This document shows, one piece after another, positions 39,449 to 45,029 of a DNA stretch of 45,029 bases. Position 1 is the first letter of the stretch, and each line of letters opens with the position of its first letter. Location of the stretch: the NCBI GenBank assembly GCA_031431575.1, contig JANPDQ010000019.1, positions 1 through 45,029 of the forward strand. The letters are read 5' to 3'. Under the pieces are notes generated by a model. The model had not been told where the DNA came from and searched no databases. It saw nothing but the letters and a program-made list of their open reading frames with translations. The translations under genes and the position numbers were made by a program. This stretch comes from Polaromonas sp. Its GTDB lineage: Bacteria; Pseudomonadota; Gammaproteobacteria; Burkholderiales; Burkholderiaceae_C.

Positions 39449-40096
39449 ATGATCAGCAGTAAACCTTTTGCCTCCCTGACTGGCCGCTTCGCCACTTTAA
39501 TGCTTGGTTTGGTAATGGCCGTTTCAACCGGGTTGTCGAGCGCCGCTGACGAGGCGCCGGATGCGTTGATTAAACGTATTTCGTCGGAAGTCATGGAAAG
39601 CATCAAGGCCGACAAAGCCATGCAGCTAGGCGATGTCGCAAAAATCAGTGCGCTGGTTGACAACCAGATCATGCCGAACGTGAATTTCACGCGCATGACC
39701 GCTGCTGCGGTTGGTCGCAATTGGCGTCAGGCAACCCCTGAGCAGCAAAAACGCCTGCAAGATGAGTTCAAGGCATTGCTGGTGCGTACTTACTCCGGCG
39801 CGTTATCGCAAGTCAAAGACCAGTCGATCAGCGTCAAACCGCTGCGGGCAGTGGCGGCTGATACCGAAGTGGTTGTGCGCACCGAGGTGTTGGGTCGGGG
39901 CGACCCTGTGCAGCTCGATTACCGTATGGAAAAGGTCGGCAACGCCTGGAAAATCTATGACCTGAACGTGCTGGGCGTGTGGATGGTAGAAACGTACCGG
40001 ACTCAATTTGCGCAAGAAATCACTGCCAAGGGAGTAGATGGCCTGATAGCAACATTGGCAGAGCGCAACAAAAGCAATTCGGCCAAAAAGCCCTAA
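39449..40096 (+). CDS. mlaC: Periplasmic phospholipid-binding protein MlaC (Ttg2D)
   Basis: Signal peptide, LLVRTYSGAL, WKIYDLNVLG. Confidence 0.93.
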   Translation: MISSKPFASLTGRFATLMLGLVMAVSTGLSSAADEAPDALIKRISSEVMESIKADKAMQLGDVAKISALVDNQIMPNVNFTRMTAAAVGRNWRQATPEQQKRLQDEFKALLVRTYSGALSQVKDQSISVKPLRAVAADTEVVVRTEVLGRGDPVQLDYRMEKVGNAWKIYDLNVLGVWMVETYRTQFAQEITAKGVDGLIATLAERNKSNSAKKP

Positions 40097-40125
40097 TTGC
40101 GCCGATTCAACTGTGGCTTGACCAA

Positions 40126-40410
40126 ATGCTGAACCTGCCCGCCAAGCTTACCCACGACGATGCAGACGCGCTCGCGCGCAGTTTGAAAAGTCAGATATCT
40201 GCGCAAGCCCCTGTGGTGGTCGTCAAGGCTGACCAGCTGCGCGAGTTCGATTCTTCGGCGTTGGCTGTCTTGTTGGCTTGCAGGCGTGAAGCGCTGGCGC
40301 TGGGAAAACAGTTCTCGGCCAGGGATTTGCCCAGCAAGCTGGTTCAGCTTGCTACGCTGTACGGTGTAGCGCAGTTGCTTGAAACTGATGATTCGATTGA
40401 ACAAAGTTAA
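40126..40410 (+). CDS. mlaB: STAS-domain protein MlaB
   Basis: FDSSALAVLL, LATLYGV; ATG at 40126. Confidence 0.88.
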   Translation: MLNLPAKLTHDDADALARSLKSQISAQAPVVVVKADQLREFDSSALAVLLACRREALALGKQFSARDLPSKLVQLATLYGVAQLLETDDSIEQS

Positions 40411-40488
40411 AGCACTGGGTTTTAGTTCTTAAGTCTTTTGGGTCTGCGGGTCAGCTACTGGGCGTTACCCTCGTAAAATGGTGGGCCA

Positions 40489-41418
40489 ATGCCAGCTATT
40501 TCATTTCAATCGGTTTTTAAAACTTACCCTCCCGCACGCAAACAAACCGGGCCCACCATTAAGGCCCTTGACGATGTATCTTTTGATATCCAGCAAGGCG
40601 AATTTTTTGGTTTGCTGGGTCCCAATGGCGCTGGTAAAACCACCCTCATCAGCATTTTGGCGGGCTTGTCCAGAGCCAGCGAGGGAAAAGTGGCGGTGCA
40701 CGGCCATGATGTCGTCACCGACTACGCCGCTGCCCGCCGCGTTTTAGGTGTGGTGCCGCAAGAACTCGTGTTCGACCCGTTTTTTTCCGTGCGCGAAGCG
40801 CTGCGCATTCAATCTGGTTACTTTGGCATCAAATCCAACGACGCATGGATTGACGAGCTGCTCACAAGCCTCGGCCTGGCCGACAAAGCCAACGCCAACA
40901 TGCGCCAGCTGTCTGGCGGCATGAAGCGCCGCGTGTTGGTGGCCCAAGCCCTGGTGCATAAGCCGCAGGTAATTGTGCTTGACGAGCCCACCGCCGGCGT
41001 TGATGTAGAGCTGCGGCAAACGCTTTGGCAATTTGTTGCCAAGCTCAACAAGCAGGGCAGCACGGTGCTGCTGACCACGCACTACCTGGAGGAAGCCGAG
41101 GCGCTGTGCAGCCGGATTGCCATGCTCAAGCAGGGCAAAGTGGTTGCTTTGGCCAATACGTCCGAGTTGCTGAAAGCTGCTTCTTCAAATGTACTTAGAT
41201 TCAAAATTGATAGCGAATTGCCCCATGAATTGATGCGCCAGGCACGTATTACAGGCAGAATTGTGCAGTTTCCGGCGCACAACGCCAACGAGATTGAGCA
41301 GTATTTGGCGGCAGTTCGTCAAGCGGGGCTGGTGGCCGAGGACATTGAAATCCGCAAGGCTGACTTGGAGGATGTGTTTCTTGATGTCATGTCCGGCAAA
41401 ACAGGGGTAGCGGCATGA
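40489..41418 (+). CDS. ABC transporter ATP-binding protein (YadG-like)
   Basis: GPNGAGKTT, LSGGMKRR, LDEPTAGVD, TTHYLEEAE. Confidence 0.9.
   Translation: MPAISFQSVFKTYPPARKQTGPTIKALDDVSFDIQQGEFFGLLGPNGAGKTTLISILAGLSRASEGKVAVHGHDVVTDYAAARRVLGVVPQELVFDPFFSVREALRIQSGYFGIKSNDAWIDELLTSLGLADKANANMRQLSGGMKRRVLVAQALVHKPQVIVLDEPTAGVDVELRQTLWQFVAKLNKQGSTVLLTTHYLEEAEALCSRIAMLKQGKVVALANTSELLKAASSNVLRFKIDSELPHELMRQARITGRIVQFPAHNANEIEQYLAAVRQAGLVAEDIEIRKADLEDVFLDVMSGKTGVAA
41197..41260 (+). repeat. Possible degenerate motif family A copy 9 (inside ABC ATPase gene)
   Basis: GATT-CAAAATTGA-TAGC-GAATTGCCCCATGAATTGATGC-GCCA; spacers 9 and 22 preserved but boxes degenerate. Confidence 0.4.
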
Positions 41419-42170
41419 CCGGCTGGCAAACCCTGCTTTACAAAGAAACTTTGCGGTTCTGGAAAGTTGGTTTCCAAACCGTGGGCGCACCGGTGCTTAC
41501 CGCCGTGATGTACATGCTGATTTTTGGCCATGTGCTTGAAGGCCAGGTCAAGGTTTACGGAAGTGTGAGCTACACCGCCTTTTTAGTGCCGGGCCTGGTC
41601 ATGATGAGCGTGCTGCAGAACGCGTTTGCCAACAGCTCGTCTTCGCTGATTCAAAGCAAAATTATGGGCAGCTTGGTGTTTGTATTGCTCACGCCGCTGT
41701 CGCATTGGCACTGGTTTTTTGCTTATGTTGGTGCATCAGTGGCGCGCGGTTTGCTGGTGGGTGCGGGCGTCTTTGCGGTCACGGCGTATTTTGGCCGTCC
41801 CGACTTTGTGTACCCGCTGTGGATTGTGAGTTTTGCCCTCCTGGGTGCAGCCATGCTGGGCGCGCTGGGCGTAGTCGCCGGGCTGTGGTCGGACAAATTT
41901 GACCAGATGGCGGCGTTCCAAAACTTCGTCATCATGCCCATGACATTTTTAAGCGGCGTGTTTTACTCCATCCACTCGCTGCCGCCGTTTTGGCAAACTG
42001 TTAGCCATTTGAATCCGTTTTTCTACATGATTGATGGCTTCAGGTACGGCTTTTTTGGCGTGAGCGACGTGTCGCCCTGGCTCAGTTTAGGAATTGTGTC
42101 GGCAGCTTTGCTTTTAGTGAGCGCGATTGCTGTCAACATGCTGCGCACCGGCTACAAAATCAGAACATGA
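41415..42170 (+). CDS. ABC-2 type permease (YadH-like)
   Basis: FLVPGLVMM, FLSGVFYS, NPFFYMIDGFRYGF. Confidence 0.9.
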   Translation: MTGWQTLLYKETLRFWKVGFQTVGAPVLTAVMYMLIFGHVLEGQVKVYGSVSYTAFLVPGLVMMSVLQNAFANSSSSLIQSKIMGSLVFVLLTPLSHWHWFFAYVGASVARGLLVGAGVFAVTAYFGRPDFVYPLWIVSFALLGAAMLGALGVVAGLWSDKFDQMAAFQNFVIMPMTFLSGVFYSIHSLPPFWQTVSHLNPFFYMIDGFRYGFFGVSDVSPWLSLGIVSAALLLVSAIAVNMLRTGYKIRT

Positions 42171-42171
42171 T

Positions 42172-42409
42172 GCCCCCACGTTCATTCACAACGCGCAATT
42201 CTCTGCATCTTGCAGGCCGCCGCTTGCAAGAGGCTGCGTTTCTGTCGCCTGTCCAAACCTGCGCAGGCAGGTTCGGAGCCGCAGGCTCCAGCCCCGTGGG
42301 GCTGAGTGCCGAGGCTCAAAGCCTGCCAGCGCAGGGTTGGACGGCACGAAGAAGGGCTGCGTTACGCAGCCCGGCGGCCTGCAAGGCCTGCGCCTGCGGC
42401 CTGGCAGAG
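42172..42409. repeat. Nested palindromic element (MITE-like or structured RNA)
   Basis: Perfect 14-bp inverted repeat 42209-42222/42372-42385; 19/21 inverted repeat 42251-42271/42322-42342; several internal hairpins; begins with family-B-like GCCCCCACG. Confidence 0.65.
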
Positions 42410-42467
42410 CTAGTTCCGCAGCCCCTGCTTGAAAAAAGATTGACTTTGGTGTCCTAAAGATAAAACT

Positions 42468-42707
42468 ATGACCAGTGAAGAACTTCAAACCATAATTTCC
42501 AGCGGCTTGTCTTGCGAGCACATTGAGCTGTCTGGTGACGGCCAGCATTGGTACGCAACGATTGTTTCCAGCGCGTTTGAGGGTCAGCGCCTTATCCAGC
42601 GTCACCAAAAGGTGTACGCAACGCTGGGGGGCCGCATTCAAACCAACGAGGTGCATGCTCTGTCTATGAAAACCTTTACGCCCGCCGAGTGGGCAGCTAA
42701 CTCTTAA
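42468..42707 (+). CDS. ibaG: BolA/IbaG family protein
   Basis: [23 protein letters not shown]; lies just before murA. Confidence 0.88.
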   Translation: MTSEELQTIISSGLSCEHIELSGDGQHWYATIVSSAFEGQRLIQRHQKVYATLGGRIQTNEVHALSMKTFTPAEWAANS

Positions 42708-42730
42708 ATTTCAATTTTCAGATCAAAGCC

Positions 42731-44005
42731 ATGGACAAGATTCTCATCAAGGGCGGCAATGCGCTGAACGGCATAGTCACTATTTCAGGCGCAAAAAATG
42801 CTGCCTTGCCTGAGCTTTGCGCCGCGCTTCTGACTGCCGACACCGTCACGCTTGAAAACGTGCCCGGCTTGCAAGACGTGTCAACCATGCTCAAGCTGGT
42901 GCGCAACATGGGTGTTTCTGCCGAGCGCGACCAATCCGTGCAAAGTACGGTTGTTCTCAACGCAGGTGCGTTGAGTTCGCCTGAAGCGCCTTATGAGTTG
43001 GTGAAAACCATGCGCGCATCCGTGCTGGCACTGGGCCCTTTGCTGGCGCGTTTTGGCGAGGCTACGGTGTCTTTGCCTGGCGGTTGTGCCATTGGCTCGC
43101 GGCCTGTAGACCAGCACATCAAAGGCTTGCAAGCGATGGGCGCTGAAATTGTTGTGGAGCACGGCTACATGATTGCCAAGCTCCCCGCAGGCCGCACGCG
43201 CCTTAAAGGTTGCAGCATCACCACAGACATGGTCACCGTCACTGGCACTGAAAACTTCCTGATGGCCGCCACGCTTGCAGAGGGCGAAACCATTTTGGAG
43301 AACGCTGCGCAAGAGCCTGAAATCGGCGATTTGGCTGAAATGCTGATCAAAATGGGCGCAAAAATTGAAGGCCACGGCACGCGGCGCATTCGTATTCAGG
43401 GCGTTGAGCGCCTCCACGGCTGTACACACCAGGTGGTGGCTGACCGTATTGAGGCTGGCACGTTTTTGTGTGCGGTAGCCGCCGCCGGTGGTGACGTCAA
43501 GCTGATCAATGGTCGTGCCGACCACTTGGATGCGGTCATTGACAAGCTACGTGAAGCGGGCGCTACTGTTACTGCGGGTGACGGATACATCGAGGTGAAG
43601 TCGCACGGGCGGCTCAAAGCCCAATCGTTTCGCACCACTGAATACCCCGGGTTCCCGACTGACATGCAGGCGCAGTTTATGGCCCTGAATGCGGTATCAA
43701 GCGGCTCGGCTAGCGTGACTGAAACGATTTTTGAAAACCGTTTCATGCACGTCAATGAAATGGTGCGCCTTGGTGCAAAAATTCAAATTGAAGGCAAAGT
43801 AGCGATCATGGAAGGCGTTGAAAAATTGTCCGGGGCAACTGTGATGGCAACCGATTTGCGCGCCTCGGCCAGCTTGGTGATTGCCGGGCTGGTGGCAGAC
43901 GGTGAGACTTTGATTGACCGCATCTACCACCTCGACAGAGGCTACGACCACATGGAAGCAAAATTGCGCGGGTTGGGTGCAGATATAGAGCGAATCAAAG
44001 CATGA
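42731..44005 (+). CDS. murA: UDP-N-acetylglucosamine 1-carboxyvinyltransferase
   Basis: [16 protein letters not shown] (catalytic Cys), [14 protein letters not shown]. Confidence 0.98.
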   Translation: MDKILIKGGNALNGIVTISGAKNAALPELCAALLTADTVTLENVPGLQDVSTMLKLVRNMGVSAERDQSVQSTVVLNAGALSSPEAPYELVKTMRASVLALGPLLARFGEATVSLPGGCAIGSRPVDQHIKGLQAMGAEIVVEHGYMIAKLPAGRTRLKGCSITTDMVTVTGTENFLMAATLAEGETILENAAQEPEIGDLAEMLIKMGAKIEGHGTRRIRIQGVERLHGCTHQVVADRIEAGTFLCAVAAAGGDVKLINGRADHLDAVIDKLREAGATVTAGDGYIEVKSHGRLKAQSFRTTEYPGFPTDMQAQFMALNAVSSGSASVTETIFENRFMHVNEMVRLGAKIQIEGKVAIMEGVEKLSGATVMATDLRASASLVIAGLVADGETLIDRIYHLDRGYDHMEAKLRGLGADIERIKA

Positions 44006-44033
44006 TCACGATTGAAAAACTGGAGGCGCAATC

Positions 44034-44672
44034 GTGATAACGATCGCTTTGTCAAAAGGCCGCATATTTGACGACATCTTGCCGCTGCTCAAAAGCGCAG
44101 GCATTGTGGTGCTGGACGACCCTGAAAAGTCCCGCAAATTGATTTTGGACACCAACCAGCCAGATGTGCGCGTGCTGCTGGTGCGTGCCACTGATGTGCC
44201 TACTTATGTGCAGTACGGTGGTGCTGACATGGGTGTGGTGGGCAAAGACACGCTGCTTGAATCTGACACGCAGGGCCTGTACCAGCCGCTTGATTTGCAA
44301 ATTGCAAAGTGCCGTATCAGCGTTGCGGTGCGCGAAGGGTTTGATTATTCAGCCGCAATACGCCAAGGTTCGCGCATGAAAGTGGCCACCAAATACGTAG
44401 CAATTGCACGCGATTTTTTCGCCTCCAAAGGCGTGCACGTTGACCTGATCAAGCTTTATGGCAGCATGGAGCTTGCTCCGCTGACAGGCTTGGCCGATGC
44501 GATCGTCGATTTGGTCTCGACTGGCAATACCCTTAAAGCCAACCATCTGATTGAAGTAGAGCGAATCATGGACATCAGCTCGCACTTGGTGGTGAACCAA
44601 ACTGCGCTCAAACTCAAGCAAGCGCCGATCCGCAAGATTGTTGACGCATTTGCTGCGGCGGTCAACAAGTAG
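44034..44672 (+). CDS. hisG: ATP phosphoribosyltransferase, short form (HisZ-dependent)
   Basis: [30 protein letters not shown]; 212 aa with no C-terminal regulatory domain. Confidence 0.95.
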   Translation: MITIALSKGRIFDDILPLLKSAGIVVLDDPEKSRKLILDTNQPDVRVLLVRATDVPTYVQYGGADMGVVGKDTLLESDTQGLYQPLDLQIAKCRISVAVREGFDYSAAIRQGSRMKVATKYVAIARDFFASKGVHVDLIKLYGSMELAPLTGLADAIVDLVSTGNTLKANHLIEVERIMDISSHLVVNQTALKLKQAPIRKIVDAFAAAVNK

Positions 44673-44691
44673 CCTAGTACTTATTATTTAT

Positions 44692-44755
44692 TACTATGAA
44701 TTTAATAGCTGCTCCCGCCCGTATTTCAAGCGCCAATAGCACTTTTGATACCCAA
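44692..44755 (+). repeat. Motif family A copy 8 (contains hisD start codon)
   Basis: TACTA-TGAATTTAA-TAGC-TGCTCCCGCCCGTATTTCAAGC-GCCA-ATAGCACTTTTGATACCCAA. Confidence 0.75.
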
Positions 44756-45029
44756 TTGAAGGCGCGCCTGCATTGGTCAGCTGGCACTGACGCAGAAATC
44801 GAGCAACGCGTTGCCAGCATTCTGGCCGACGTGCAATCGCGCGGCGACGCAGCCGTGCTGGAGTACACGGCGCGCTTCGACAACTTGGCCGTGCCGTCTA
44901 TGGCTGCGCTAGAGTTGACGCAGGCTGAACTCAAAGCCGCATTCGACGCCATTCCCGCTGCCCAGCGCGACGCACTGCAAGCGGCGGCTAGGCGCGTGCG
45001 CAGCTACCACGAGGCACAAAAGCAAGCCA
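44696..45029 (+). CDS. hisD: Histidinol dehydrogenase, 5' part (runs off window; not in ORF track)
   Basis: MNLIAAPARISS...VASILADVQSRGDAAVLEYTARFD...RVRSYHEAQK; follows hisG. Confidence 0.92.
   Translation, partial: MNLIAAPARISSANSTFDTQLKARLHWSAGTDAEIEQRVASILADVQSRGDAAVLEYTARFDNLAVPSMAALELTQAELKAAFDAIPAAQRDALQAAARRVRSYHEAQKQA

Noticed and set aside
42151-42167. GCTACAAAATCAGAACA as another motif A copy
   Set aside because: Second box and downstream consensus are missing.
42167-42457. 96-aa ORF between the permease and bolA
   Set aside because: Coincides with the GC-rich palindromic element; composition is not protein-like.
4393-44755. Motif A or B as CRISPR repeats or integron attC sites
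   Set aside because: Copies are dispersed and mostly within or between core genes, with no spacer array, cas genes, intI or gene cassettes.

Overview
A core-genome window from a betaproteobacterium. The gene order and protein styles suggest Comamonadaceae (Polaromonas/Rhodoferax-like), which is an inference. Genes in order: dapF (3' part), DUF484, xerC, a 7TM-DISM sensor with a degenerate GGDEF domain, rlmI, a COG0523 GTPase, an unusual dksA, a TPR/STAS protein, the full dcw cluster (mraZ to ftsZ, then lpxC), a small unannotated membrane protein, ruvC, cdsA-like, plsC-like, mtgA, a TonB-like gene, an RNB-family nuclease, rodA, mlaFEDACB, yadGH-like ABC genes, bolA, murA, hisG and the start of hisD. 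I found no IS, prophage, CRISPR, tRNA or rRNA. The most striking unexplained signal is a dispersed ~64-bp motif with rigid spacing (GCTA-N9-TAGC-N22-GCTA plus phased AT tracts). It occurs 8-9 times, both between genes and overlaid on essential coding sequences, and carries the start codons of ddl and hisD. A second GC-rich repeat family has one copy in-frame at the MurG N-terminus, and a large nested palindrome lies upstream of bolA.
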